NCBI RefSeq assembly: GCF_006345805.1
Contig: NW_021836141.1
Coordinates: 62,001-126,000 of the forward strand
Origin: Octopus sinensis
Lineage: Eukaryota
DNA: 64,000 nucleotides
Direction: 5' to 3'
Notes under the pieces: generated by a model
Told to the model about the DNA's origin: nothing
Database searches by the model: none
Seen by the model: only the letters and a program-made list of their open reading frames with translations
Shown here: in pieces, positions 39,460 through 52,887 of the stretch
How the letters are laid out: each line of letters starts with the position of its first letter
Numbering within the stretch: the first letter of the stretch is position 1
Translations under genes and position numbers: made by a program

Positions 39460-41100
39460 AGATAAGCCCAGCTGGATGATGGTTACAAATATTTAGATAT
39501 GCACTGTAGTATGATGAGATGAAGCAGAATGAATTATGAAATAAAATAAGAAAAGAATGTGCGAGCAGAATCAGAATCAGAAAGCTTCTAAAAATAAAAT
39601 TAAATTGAAGAAGCTTCAAGAAATAACAGAATCAGCATTGAAACAATTACCATTGCTAAGATATTCTGCAGTTATGAAATAAACAAGCGTGCAAGGAAGC
39701 TGTGAATAATGGTTCATGGTTATGAGGTGGAGACAATGATTTGATGTTATCAAACAAAGAAAACAGCACTACTCAAGGAAATATCAGCTTTGTGATAATG
39801 CACCAGAAATTACGGAACATTTTCAATTAATTAGTCAGGTGCTTGTTGGCATACTCATTAATTTACCAAGCCTACCCAAAATGATGTGATTTGTGTGGCT
39901 GGTGTGCAGTTCAAACATTTCTAAGTTAATATTGGCATGCATAAGAAATGTTGGGAGGGATCCTAGGATCTGATTGAAATGTTTGGATTTCAGTGAATTC
40001 TACAGAATGTATGCCAGGACACACATAATGATGATGTTAATCCAAGAAGGCGGCGAGCTGGCAGAACCGTTAGCACGGCGGGCGAATGTGTAGCCGTATT
40101 TCGTCTGCAGCTACGTTCTGAGTTCAAATTCCGCCGAGGTCGACTTTCCCTTTCATCCTTTCGGGGTCGATTAAATAAGTATCAGTTACGCACTGGGGTC
40201 GATATAATTGACTTAATCCCTTTGTCTGTCCTTGTTTGTCCCCTCTATGTTTAGCCCCCTGTGGGCAATAAAGAAATAGATGTTAATCCAAGATGTGTGT
40301 TATGCATCCTCACTCATAGCAAAAAAATAAAAATGAGAAAAAGTCTGCACAAGAAAAATTATCCAAATGGAATAGAAATATAAGGGAATTCTAATGAAAA
40401 GCAGAATGAGACTGAAGTTCTACTGTCTAAAAAGATAGCAAGACTTTGCTTTTACCTTTTGTTTTTAACAGGCTAAATTCTAGCTTGAGCGTTGAATATG
40501 AAAAAGAAATATGTCATGTGATTTGCTGATGCAAAATGCTTGTTTGTGAAGAAATACGTAAATCAGATGTAATTTACTCCATCATTGGTTCATATTGATA
40601 CAGTTTCATATTGATACTCTCATAAACTGCAGACAGGATAAACAGGAATCTTGTTCTTTGCTACTCTGAGATTTTTCTTTCTTCAGTTCGTTTTCACTTT
40701 CTACCTTTTAGTCTATATTTTACAGTCGTTATTGCCATTCTATAATTTCATTTCTCTTCAACACACACACACACACACATCTGGGGATGTTGATTAAAAT
40801 TTAAATTTAAATTCACATTACTAAGGACTGAGGGTTTAGTGAGATATATTAGGAAAGGAATGTTGGAGCTTGTGTAAGCAACCAGGAAAATTTATGCTGA
40901 AATACTGAGGCTGGTAGAGTTTACAAAGTTAAAAACAAAATGGAATGTAAGAAAGTAAAAGTGTTGTATGGTAAGTTTATCTTGTAAATAGAAATCATAG
41001 AAAGAGAAAATATGGTACTTGACTGAAAGATGGAGAACTAAAGAAAGAAACAAAAAGCTCTTTACAGCTGGACAAGAACCAGAAGTTAGAATAAACCTTT
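39460..41100 (+). mobile_element. Highly degenerate R4/Dong-like remnants (discontinuous)
   Basis: AQLDDGYKYL, KIRKECASRIRIRKLLKIKLN and LPLLRYSA at ~39470-39670; KVLYGKF...LKDGELKKETK...GQEPEVR at ~40955-41095. Confidence 0.55.
40048..40279 (+). mobile_element. SINE family B, full length, CpG-rich
   Basis: A box TGGCAGAACCGTTAG, B box GAGTTCAAATTCC, central GTCGACTTT.CCTTTCATCCTTTCGGGGTCGAT domain and an A-rich end. Confidence 0.9.
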
Positions 41101-41689
41101 CTAAAGAAAACTTAATAAAAACCAGAAGAGAGTGTTAGCTTATGGAACATGAGCTGAATGAATGAAGCAAGATAGAATGCAAATAAACATGACAGGATAT
41201 AAGAAGATATACTGGAAAATCCATTGGTTGTCATTGAAAATAACTGTTTTAAAATCTTATGAGACTTCTTTAAAACAGCTATCCATGTATTACAGGAACA
41301 AAGCCCAAATATACTCAAAATATAATGAAACATCAGTAAGCAAGATCAGAGATTCTGCTTTCCAATATGATAATAAAAGCAAGCTGAAAGGAAAGGAAGA
41401 TTGAAAAATATTACAACTTGATCAGAGAACTGAGAAAACCCTGGAATATGCAAATAACAATTATTCATATTTTTATTGGAGTGCTAGGAATGACAGCAGT
41501 TAAGAAGAATGTAAGTCAAAACAATTGAATTGCATTTTTCGCTTTTATTTTTTAAGACTTCTCTGCTACGTTGTTGAGAGTTGAGAAGAGTTGTCACTAA
41601 ATCTCAAAGCAAGAAACCATTTATGTAATCAGTGTGAAACTTTATTACAACAACAACAGCAGTAGCAGCAACAATAATGAAAATAAAAG

Positions 41690-41821
41690 GCATCGGATGG
41701 TTGATGCATACCCTGCATGGAGGTAAATTTTCTTTTTTAATTATTACCATCATAGGTATTTTTACTCCGGTGAAATTAAGAAATCAACTGGTAAATAAAC
41801 GAAACACTTGAATCCCTCATT

Positions 41822-41898
<77 letters not shown>

Positions 41899-42107
41899 GT
41901 CGTATATCTATGTATGTTTTTTATGTATGTTTGAAGATAATCAAACCAAATTTTCATCATTTCAAGCCACTCACCCAATGAGTATTTCTGCCAAATGTGG
42001 TCAAAATCCGTTCAGCTGTTTTGCAGTAATTTTGAAAACACTCAGACAAACAAACAAAGATGAGTGGTTACAACAGCCTGCTTTTGCTTATGCGTGCAGG
42101 GTAACAA
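41690..42107 (+). mobile_element. Helentron/DINE-like non-autonomous element (tentative)
   Basis: Short inverted motif TACCCTGCA...TGCAGGGTA, internal (CA)n, and AAAATCCGTTCAGC...CAGACAAACAAACA. Confidence 0.4.
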
Positions 42108-42335
42108 TAATAATAACGATAATAATAAGCTCAAGCATGATTGTGTCAGTAACAGAGTGCATTGGGATGTAACCTGAATGTATAGATTCAGTACCAAAAT
42201 CTCTAATTGGGAACTTTATATACATTTATACTATGTACTGCATCATCAACCTATGAACAGGTACATATCACACCAACTCTGCGTGCCTCCTTCTCACATC
42301 TCTCTTAAAGACTAGACATATACTTTTATATGATA

Positions 42336-43625
42336 CGAGGGACGTTCAATAAGTAATGCCTCTGACCCACTTGCAGTTGTTTGATCTAGCTGAAATTTTG
42401 CATGTGCAATTATTTATATCTCTATAGAGTAAGTGGCAAATTACAGTTCTGAATTAATTGTGGTTTCTGATTTACAGGTGTTTGAACCGAGTCAAGTGTG
42501 AAATGGAGCCTGTTGAGTGTCGAGCAGTGATCTGGTTTTTGTATTTGAAAGGACGCACACTACGGGAGACTTTTGATAAAATGAAAGTAACTTATGGTGA
42601 TGATGCCCCATCATATGACCTTGTAAAACGCTGGCATCGTGAATTCAAACATGGTCGGAACTCTGTGGAAACAGCTCCCAGATCTGGTCGCCCCTTCTGC
42701 CATTGATGAGGCATCTGTCCGTCAAGTTGAGGCTGCCATTTTGGAAGATCGACGCATAATTATTTGCCAAATAGCCCATGAGGTCAAGATTAGTACCGGG
42801 TCTGTGGAAACTATCATTCATGACCATTTGCATATGCAAAAGGTGTCTGCCAGATGGATTCCCAGGCTGCTCACGCCTTTCCAGAAGCAAGAACGCGTCG
42901 AGTGCTCGAGGGTGAATTTGGAGATGTGCCAAGAAGATGAGTCAAAATTTTTCAAAAGACTGATTACACAGGATGAAACCTGGGTCCATCACGATGATCC
43001 AGAGACCAAAGCCCAGTCAATGCAGTGGAAGCACCGTGACTCACCCCCTCCAAAGAAGGCAAGGGTGCAGCCCTCCGCTGGCAAGGTCATGCTCACAGTC
43101 TTCTGGGACCAGGACGGAGTAGTGATGACAGATTTCCTGGCAAAGGGTACCACAATTGCAGGAGCCTATTATGCTTCACTTTTGAAGAAATTAAGAGAAG
43201 TTATCAAAATCAAGAGGCGGGGCAAGATCAGCAAATGCATCCTCCTCCTGCAGGACAACGCTCCGGTCCACAACTCGCTTGTCGCCATATCAGAAGCACA
43301 GGCGTATGGCTATGAACTCCTCCCCCATCCCCCTACTTTCCTTACTTTGCACCCTCTGATTTTCACCTCTTCCCAGTCATGAAGTTGTTTTTGAAAGGAA
43401 AGCGTTTCCCAGATGATGCAGCCTTGATTTCTGAAGTCACGTTCAGGTTGGAGGACCAAGCTGGGGTCTTCTACAAAAACGGTCTCCAGAGCTGCATCAA
43501 ACAATGGGAGAAATGCGTAACTCTGGGTGGTTCCTATGTAGAAAAAGACTAATAACTGTGCCAAGTTTCGTTGCTCTACTGCTATGGGAAGTGGGTCAGG
43601 GACATTATTTATTGAACGCCCCTCG
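42336..43625 (+). mobile_element. Full-length mariner (DD34D) transposon, 1290 bp
   Basis: TA TSD at 42334-35 and 43626-27; imperfect TIRs CGAGGGACGTTCAATAAGTAATG... and ...CATTATTTATTGAACGCCCCTCG. Confidence 0.97.
42503..43552 (+). pseudogene. Mariner transposase, frameshifted (~42695 and ~43335)
   Basis: HTH...RSGRP, WIPRLL, ITQDETW, LLQDNAPVH and HPP..LAPSDFHLF motifs; resembles the irritans (Himar1/Hsmar2) type. Confidence 0.95.
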
Positions 43626-44431
43626 TATGACCCAGTCAAGTGAACACATTTCCTGCTAGAAGTTGTAGATTCCTCCTTTAAGAGTTAAAACAATCTTTCC
43701 CTATTATTCACAGCATAAAGATATGTTATTCCTTCCTGTCTGTCCTTCAAGGAGGTATTGTCTTTTTTCACATTCTATTCTTCAAACATGCAAAATTTCT
43801 CTATTTCCTGGAGCTGGTTCTAGAAGCTCATCATAATCTACAAAGTTTGCAAAAGCTGAAATACTGTTGTTCATGATACTGTTACCATTCACACAGTTTT
43901 GCAGCTTAATTTTTGTTTAACCTAATGTTTTTAGCATCAATCCTTTTTATGTTAACTCTCGTTGAACATAAGTGTTTATGCTGGAGGCTGTGTTTGTATA
44001 ATTTTCAGACTGATTTTTTTTTTTTAAACTTTCATCAGTATTTGGAAATAATTAGTGGAGTATTTGTGTATGTTATTGTCACTACTACACCTCAGCTATA
44101 GCAAGTTCTTTTAGTGACTTCTGAAGCCATTTTGAACTCTAAGTAACAATAGAAAAAACTACTGGGCAAAAATATATACACAGTTAAAATCGATGTTTTG
44201 ACAAACAATTTTAAAACCGTGTTAATGAGGTGAACTTTCCAATGTTTTGACATCTTTTGTATTTGTCAAATTGTAGTTGACTGTGTTTATAAATGAATCT
44301 GTTTAATTTAAATGAATCTGTTTAATTCTAACTTTTTTCTGTTTATCATTCTAAAATCTGTTTTTGTGTTCTAAACTTTGAGGTATGTATTCACTGCTGT
44401 CACCATGAGATGGCTATACCGAACCACTATA

Positions 44432-44654
44432 AGCTGGTAGAAACGTTAGCATTCCGGGCGAAATGCGTAGCCGTATTTCGTCTGCCATTACGTTCTGAGT
44501 TCAAATTCCACCGAGGTCGACTTTGCCTTTCATCTTTTCGGGGTCGATAAATTAAGTACCAGTTACACACTGGGGTCGACGCAATCGACTTAATCCCTTT
44601 GTCTATCCTTGTTTGTTCCCTCTGTGTTTAGCCGCTTGTGGGTAGTAAAGAAAT
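44432..44654 (+). mobile_element. SINE family B
   Basis: Collinear with 40048-40279. Confidence 0.9.
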
Positions 44655-45463
44655 ATATACTGAGCCACTATTAAACTAATACAAGAAGTAAAGGTCTTCT
44701 AAGAGGAATGCTGTGAATCCTAGCCATGTCACAGAGCCCTAAAAATTGAGTGTTCAGAGGGGCCCATCAGCTTATATATATGGAAAACATGGAATGATGG
44801 AACACCTAAGTTACACAGAATTTGGTTCAGCAAACAACACAAAAGCAACAGTAATAACAATATTAATGCTTTCTGATGTTAGCACAAGGTCAGCAATTTT
44901 TATGCCATTCTGTGTGACCGGTACTTTATTAATAGTGATGATGATTTTGACGATGATGGTGGTGGTGGTGGTGGTGGAAATAATCATTCTTTCTAACTTT
45001 AGGATAAAGCCAGCAAGTTCAAGGGAAGAGGATGTCAATTGCATCGACCCCTGTACTGAACTGGTATTTATCTATTCAACCCCGAAAGGATGGGAAGTTG
45101 ACCCTGGCAAACGTAAATTCAGATTGTAAAGAGTTGGAAGAAATGCAGTTAAGAATTGTCTCTGACATGCTAAAGATTCTGGCAGCTTTGTCAACTTAGA
45201 TGATTTCAAATTTTGGCCCAAGGGCAAGTGGCATAGTTGATTACTTTGATTCCAGTACGTACTAGTATTCTATTTTATCGACCTCAAAAAGATGAATGCA
45301 AAAGCTTTCCTGATGGAAACTGAACTCAGAATGTAATGAGCCGTAAGATGTTGCTAAGCATTTTGACCAACACACCGCCAGCTCACTGCTTTACAACAAC
45401 AAGAACTACTTCTACCACCTCCACAACCACTACTACTACTACTACCACCACCACCACTACTGC

Positions 45464-45494
<31 letters not shown>

Positions 45495-46614
45495 CCACCA
45501 CCACTACTACTACAATAGTAATATTCCTATTATAGCCTGAAGGACTGAAATTTTGGAGGAGCTGGCTAATCAGTTATGTCGATCCCAGTACTCAGGTGGT
45601 ACTTGTTTTATCAACCCTACAACAATGAATAATGGAGTGCACCAGAACAGCAAGAACCCAAGCAATAACGTATCTATTCCTTCTTAATACTTTCTGGTAG
45701 ATTCAAAAGCGATTATATGATTACTGTTATTTTCAGTTATCGAAGAACATTTCTTCCCTTTGATTATGTGAGTTTATAACACTCTTCACCGGTGTAAGAA
45801 GACTTTGAGATACCACGATGTTTTGGCCTTGTTGCAGATCTCCTCAAAGCTACAACACTGGATCTATGAATCTGCCAAGAGCCCGACATTTTGTTTATAG
45901 AAAACAGCAAGCAAATTATTGCTGATGAGTGTTGATAGCTGCCAAATAGATTGTAATTTATAGGGAGCACACAAAACTGTGAGAATCCCAACAGAAATTT
46001 ATTTGTTCTAACACATTCTTACAGATACGAACGTAAATATCTGAACACTGCTATGTTTCGTCATCAGGAACCCCTCCTTCCTTTAGACGATGTTTGTTCA
46101 CAAAACACACAATTCTAGATCGACTAGATAGATTCTATGAAAGAGTCATACATCTAGGTTGAAACATCATGGTGTTTTAAATTCCTTTTATGCTGGCAAA
46201 CTGCAACTGTTATGAACAAACATCGACTAAAAAAAGGAGGTTTTCTCTGATGATGGAAAGAAAAACAGCGATCAGAAAAATGGAATTGCTTCAGCAAGTC
46301 TATCAATTATTCCCACAAAATTTAAACGTTCAACTAATATGCCATTCTAGTTCTCCATAGATACCAATGAAAATATCTTTCTAGATATTTAAACAAATCC
46401 AATTGCCTTTTCGCGAATGATGCGTAAATGGCTCTTAGACTGAAAGCACTGTGTCTACTTCTACTTACAAGTCTGGGATGTTATCTGAATCAATGACAAA
46501 GGTTCATACCTAGAAATCCCGATCACCACATTACGGTCACTTTGCTCAAACTTCCTTGTCATTGCTCAGAAAGGGCACCAAGTTTTGGTTTCTCAGATGG
46601 CCACCACATCTATG

Positions 46615-47511
46615 TCTATGTTTTGCCGACGATATCAAACTGGTCGCTCCTCGCGGTAATATAGAGGATCTTCGTCGATGCCTCCACCAAATTTGGAAGT
46701 GGTCTAACGATTGGGACCTGTGTCTGAACGTGTCAAAGTGCTTTCATCTGCCTGTCGGCTCTACTCCTGCAACTCAACTTGATTTCGAGCCGGGTCGTCT
46801 GCTGCTGGAGAGGACCGATCAGGTAAAGGACCTGGGTATCTTGGTGGATTCCTCCTTTTCGCCTTCGGCCCAGTGCGTCCATGCTGCCAACAAAGCACGC
46901 GGAATTCTGTTCTTGATTCGACGGTCATTCGGAATGCTCACAGCAGCCATATTCCTACCACTCTATGTCACGCTGGTGAGACCCATATTGGAGTATGGGA
47001 TTCAAGCCTCTTCTCCTTATCTCCTCAAAGACATACAGCATCTCGAAAGAGTCCAGAAGCTGGCTACCCGCATGGTTCATGGTCTCAAAAATTTGTCCTA
47101 CGAAGAAAGCTGAGGACGCTCGACCTTTATTCTCTTGAAAAACGCCGCCGCCGTGGTGATCTCATTCTCGCCCACACATCATAAGCGGAAAGTGTAACCT
47201 CTCGAAAGAGCTGTTCTTCACTCCTGCTCCAGAGCGTCGGCTGCGGGGTCATTCCGAAAAGCTCTACCTGCGACGATTTCATCTCAATCGAAGGAGAGGA
47301 GCTTTCTCCGTCCGGGTTGCGGATCCGTGGAACAAGCTGCCAGACGAGATGGTGAAGATGCCGACGACCGCTTTGTTCAAAGCCTCCCTGGACCTCAAGT
47401 GGTCTGAACTCTTTACATGAACACCACCCTGTACTTAAGTCCATGTCCCCCTACATGGCCTTGCTATTTGCTTTTGAGCCAAATTAACTAACTAACTAAC
47501 TAACTAACTAA
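46615..47511 (+). mobile_element. CR1-group LINE 3' fragment with (AACT)n tail
   Basis: FADDIKL, KDLGILVD, LYVTLVRPILEY, LERVQKLATRMV and SLEKRRRRGDLI motifs; frameshift near 47110. Confidence 0.92.
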
Positions 47512-49000
47512 CCACATTTCGTCTCATCCTTTTTTCCATCTGAGAACTGTGTAGACAAGTAATTATTTGTGTGCTGTTGCAGATATTCAAGTTATTGACG
47601 TTTTTGTTATTTCATTTGTTTTGGTTGTGTTTGTTGCTGTTACAATTGCAGGTGTGGTGGTTGGTGTTTATAATTTGATGGAGATTTTTTTTTGTGATTT
47701 CAAAGTTGCCTGTACTTTTTCATGTAGTTGCATTTGCTTTCGTTGTTACTTTCCTTTCTTTTATTGCAGTTGTTTTGATGCTTTAGATTTATTTCTTTGT
47801 TTATGGAAATTGTGAAATCATTATGTAGAATCTTCGTCCTGATATTATTTAAGGCGGTTTAAAGAACGAGTACTTACTTGCTTACCCCTTGTTGGATACC
47901 CCTTGTTGTTTGAATGAATAGAGAAATAACACATATATTACACACAATCACTTTTTTAAAAAATGGGCGGATTTGATAACTGACATTGTTTAAATTGCGA
48001 ATAAATGACTGCATGAAGTCATTTTTAATAACGTAAACACATAAAACAGGGACTCACAAATAGTATAAAATGAAACATTGTAAATCAAAACCAATGCAAC
48101 AAATACAGCAATCAGGATCAACAATACAACCTTCTCTAAAACTATATCAAACCACCAAGAGTTTATTAGGAAATTCAGAGTCGGTATCTTTCAACAGAAA
48201 GATCAGATGTGCTGTCCTCTGAAAATATTTAACCAACAACTTAAAGAACTGCTTAACACTACTAGTGTCTTTCAAAATAGAATAGAGTTAAAAAAGAAAA
48301 ACAATGGACCGAGGATCTAGTATCTAAGCCTCTATTTGGTCTTTCGAGTTACTAGAAACAGCAGCCAAATTTCTCGACAATTACACTTAACCATCTTTGA
48401 AAAAGAAGAGTATATGAGGCATCAAGTGCTCAAGCAACAATGTCTAAAAGAAGATGGATAATCATGGATGGAATGACTTAAGCGATAAATATGCATATTC
48501 AGCACTGATCAGTGCTAAAATAACAAAAAAAAAAAAGAATCTAAAATATAGTTGAGATATACTTCACAATCATACACAAACGGCATAAAAAAGTATGTCA
48601 GACGAAATTTATATTTGCAACACATTAACAAATTTATATATATTTAAAATAAACAATAATAGGAATAAAGTAGCTCATAAGAAGAACACCCACTGAAAAT
48701 ACCACAAAAGAACTGATCATGCACAGAAAAGATAAACTTCTACAAACCAATGAAAGCTCGTTAAATGAAAACACAGCATGCAAAACACCTGAGCATTCAC
48801 AACACAATGAAAATAAAAGAGCAAAAATTGGTACATATAGCAGATGATTTCGCAAACCACAGTGAAAAATAGCATAGCAGAACCAAATATGCACGGAAAT
48901 GACAAAATATACACTGACAAAAGAAAGACTGTCACACTAGTACATTTAAAAACCAAAATTGTGGCTCAAAAACAACGAAAGCTTCTATGACAACAGCATA

Positions 49001-49118
49001 GGTGAAGGCGTAATGGTCCAGTGGTTAGGGCAGCGGACTCGCGGTCGTAAGAACGCGGTTTCGATTCCCAGACCGGGCATTGTGAGTGTTTATTGAGCAA
49101 TAACACATAAGCTCCGCG
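49001..49118 (+). mobile_element. SINE family F head only
   Basis: Same tRNA-like head as 9520-9637 (-). Confidence 0.8.
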
Positions 49119-50180
49119 ACTTTGTAAACATGTCCGCGGGTGTTAGACAGGTGGAGTTTGAAAAGGTGCTCAGAGTTATTGTTAGTGAGATGGTTAATAA
49201 TTATATGGGTGTCTGCCAAGTCAGTTGCCAGACGTCGGATTTTCAATGTATCCATGCCCAGGGAAGTAAGGCGTTCAGAATATAGCAAATGGATGGAGGG
49301 TATTCTCTTGGTTGCATGTCGCTGAACGGTTTCCCGATTATTAATATCCTGGGTAAGATAGGGGTCCAGACCTGATTGCAATAAAGATCTATAGTGTACA
49401 GGATCTCTCCTCTTTATTTCGAGTTACAGCTTGATGTTATCTGCATATTTCAGCACTGACGTTTTTTTTAAGTTGGCATCTATGTCATTAATATATGCAA
49501 CAAATAAAAGGGGGCCAAGAAAAGATCCCTGCGGTACACCAGATGTCATCTCATAGGGTGGAGAGTGCCGTCCTAGAATTGTGATAACCTCTTTTCGATC
49601 GATAATGAAGGACTTCAACCATTTATAGAGATCATCTCTTATACCCATTGCGGAGAATTTCACCATAAGTCTTTTGTGTGGCACAGAATTAAAAGCCTTA
49701 GCAAAGTCCAGGTAAACAACATCCACCCAGGAGCCGCCATCAGTGATTCGGGTAATGTCCTCAAGAAATTCGAGCAGCTGGAGTTAGAAATAAATCCAAA
49801 TTGTGACGGCTGGATGAGGCTGTGAGACTTCCAGAAGTTCCAGAGGGTTTCTATGACACAGGATTCCATTAGTTTGGTGATGCAGTTAGTAAGACTGACG
49901 GGGCGATAGTTGACAGGTGATGTGCTGTCACCGTTTTTGAACAAAGGGATAACACTGGCAGTTTTCCACTGCTCTGGAGTAACATCGTTGTCAAAACAGA
50001 AGTGAAAGAATAATTTGGTTCAGAAGAAAGTACCCACCACGTTTGAGAAGTAGGTAGGTAACACCATCGAAACCAGGAGAGGCATAGTTACGTTTATTCC
50101 TAAGGTGACGTTGTAGCATTGCTGGCGTAAATTTCATAGTAGTTATAGAGTCCGGTGTCAGAAGTGATGGAGATGGAACA
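49119..50180 (-). mobile_element. CR1-group LINE RT fragment, degenerate
   Basis: FKNGD..PVNYRPVSLT, VYLDFAKAFNSVPH, SGVPQGS.LGPLLF..YIND, KYADNIKL and ETVQRHATKRIP motifs. Confidence 0.92.
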
Positions 50181-50874
50181 TTTTGATATTCAACAGTATG
50201 TATGTGTTTATGTGTAAAAGGTTCTTCTTGAATATGCATTGCTGTCAAATGCTGTTATAAATTACGTTTTAAAATTTACATCATTATACTTTTAGTAATT
50301 TTTTTAGTTCTTTTATTGGTAAAGAAGTTATTCATGTCCAGGGAGTTGTGGATGTTGAGAATACGCATTGCTTCAGACCCTACTTGTAAGTATTTGTCTT
50401 AGTGCTGTGTCGTAACGATATGTAGATCGTTAACGTCTTGTTATTTATCGAATCACTATGTTTATCTTTTGTATATTGGTACATTACTGACATTGGTTTC
50501 CTTTCGTTGCATTCACGCCTTTATACCTCTAGTATGTCGCCTATACTACGTGCCCTTTCTCCTCTATAAGTTGTGGAAGCGTTTTTACATATATTGCGTA
50601 CGGCGTACATCGATTGAACATGTGCATGTTCGTAGATAAATATTTGTGCTGAGATATGTCACTAAGTGCTACCAACAAACGTGTGTAGATGGTAAAATGA
50701 ATGGTTAGAAATAGATAGAACGAACAAAATACACACAAACATACATGCACATGCATATAGATATAGGTGGCCGTAATGAACCTAAAACCTAATGTCGAAA
50801 TGTTCAGTACAAGTTCAACACAACAATCCCACATTCACACATTCTTTGGTATCCATCGTCACAGACACACATAC

Positions 50875-51270
50875 AGGCGCAGGAGTGGCTGTGTGGTAAG
50901 TAGCTTGCTTACGAACCACATGGTTCCGGGTTCAGTCCCACTGCGTGGCACCTTGGGCAAGTGTCTTCTACTATAGCCTCGGGCTGACCAAAGCCTTGTG
51001 AGTGGATTTGGTTGACGGAAACTGAAAGAAGCTCGTCGTATATATATATATATGCGTGTGTGTGTTTGCGTGTCTGTGTTTGTCCCCCTAGCATTGCTTG
51101 ACAACCGATGCTGGTGTGTTTATGTCTCCGTTACTTTGCGGTTCGGCAAAAAGAGACCGATAGAATAAGTACTGGGCTTACAAAAAGAATAAGTCCCGGG
51201 GTCAAGTTGCTCGATTAAAGGCGGTGCTCCAGCATGGCCGCAGTCAAATGACTGAAACAAGTAAAAGAGT
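50875..51270 (+). mobile_element. SINE family A, full-length reference copy (resembles the octopus OK-type tRNA SINE)
   Basis: A box GTGGCTGTGTGGTAAG, B box GGTTCAGTCCC, CCTTGGGCAAGTG, internal (TA)(TG) tract and tail GACTGAAACAAGTAAAAGAGT. Confidence 0.92.
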
Positions 51271-51621
51271 CAGACGAAAAGCAACAACAACAAAAACGCA
51301 GACACACACATATACACAATGCAAACATAAATAGCAGAACAAAGGTTGAAAATTTCATATACTACAAAGTATAAAGAATAGATATGTAAGACGGGCAAAT
51401 CCGCATTGTTTGCGACGCAGTTTCTCAAGAAAAGGCTTTGCCCAACCAAATAAACAATTTCCCTATAATCCACATAACGAACTGATAAAGAAATTGAAAC
51501 TGATGTTAAACACAACCAGGGCATGTGTTTTTATTTGCATTGGGATCTACAAAAAAAGATACATGAACATTTCAGCATACGACTTTAAATTAAGAATATT
51601 GCAAAATGGCAAAATAGTACA

Positions 51622-51682
51622 GATAACTGAAGAGATGCCGGCGTGGGTTTCCACCCCGACATCCGAAACTCGGAGTTTTATC
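51622..51682 (+). ncRNA. Type-I hammerhead ribozyme candidate
   Basis: GAUAA-CUGAAGA-GAUGcCGGcGUGG-guuu-CCACCCCGACAUC-C-GAAA-CUCGGAG-UU-UUAUC has an intact CUGANGA/GAAA core and three stems. Confidence 0.8.
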
Positions 51683-52064
51683 ATGGCTACCGAATAATTG
51701 TCTCATATTATATTTACATAATATTTACAGATAAATTCCTCTATTTACATAATATCGAGGTCTCTTTCATTCTTTTGTTGTCTTAACATTTTTATCAATA
51801 TATATACATATGTGTGTGTGTGGGCGCGTGTGTGTGCATGTGTGTGTGTGCGCGCGCGCGTGTGTGTAGGTATGTATGTATGTATATATATATATGTATA
51901 TATTATGTATGTATGTATGCATGCATGCTTGTATGTATGTATATGTATGTGCATATAAGCAACACATATACGTGCATATATTATTTCCTGTAAGTCTAAC
52001 TCATATATATATAAATATACATGCGTGTGTGTATGTGTATATGTGTATATATGTATATGTGTTT

Positions 52065-52134
<70 letters not shown>

Positions 52135-52736
52135 GCGTGCATCTGCTCAAGATATTTATTTACCTTTATTTGTACAGAACGAATGAAGATAATTTTTGAC
52201 TTCAATTTACTTTCTGTATGAAATTTGGAAGAATGACTTTGAAAGACACTAATTTTGTATTTATTCAATAGCATTCCAATTGGATTTGCGTTTCAATATC
52301 ATATCTCTCCTCAGTTCAATTTCAACGTTGTATAACATACGTGTATCCAATAAACCGAGAGTAGTGCTCAGTACTAAATTATGTTAGTATTTACAATATA
52401 GCTCTAGTCATCAAAAGCAGACGAATTTAACGGTGAATACAATTTCAAATAATATTCATAATTTCAGTTGCATAGATCTTGTCTGAACTAATTTTTAAAA
52501 AATCTAAGTTTGAAATATATGTATTTCCATAGCTAAAAATTTATAATTTCCTCTAAGTTTATATTTCAAATTGTACCAACGAGAACTATGACATTCAAAC
52601 GCAATGAATAGTTAGAAAATAGATTAACAGTATTTTATTTCTTTATTTTAAAATTTATTCCTTCAGTATTCGTTAAAAATATATCAGTAGAAAATCTCAT
52701 CTTCACTGATATATATATAATATATATATATATATG

Positions 52737-52770
<34 letters not shown>

Positions 52771-52887
52771 CTTGCTTCAGTCATTTGACTGTGGTCATGC
52801 TGGAACAGCGACTTTTAGTCAAGTAAATCGACACCAGAACTTATTCTTTGTAAGCCTAGTACTTTTTTTATCGGTTGCTTTCGCTAC

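Noticed and set aside
42503-43552. SETMAR-like domesticated gene
   Set aside because: TIRs and the TA TSD are intact, the ORF is frameshifted and there is no SET domain.
49001-49400. Functional SINE-LINE chimera
   Set aside because: The SINE head and LINE are in opposite orientations and both are truncated; a deletion or nested insertion is the simpler explanation.
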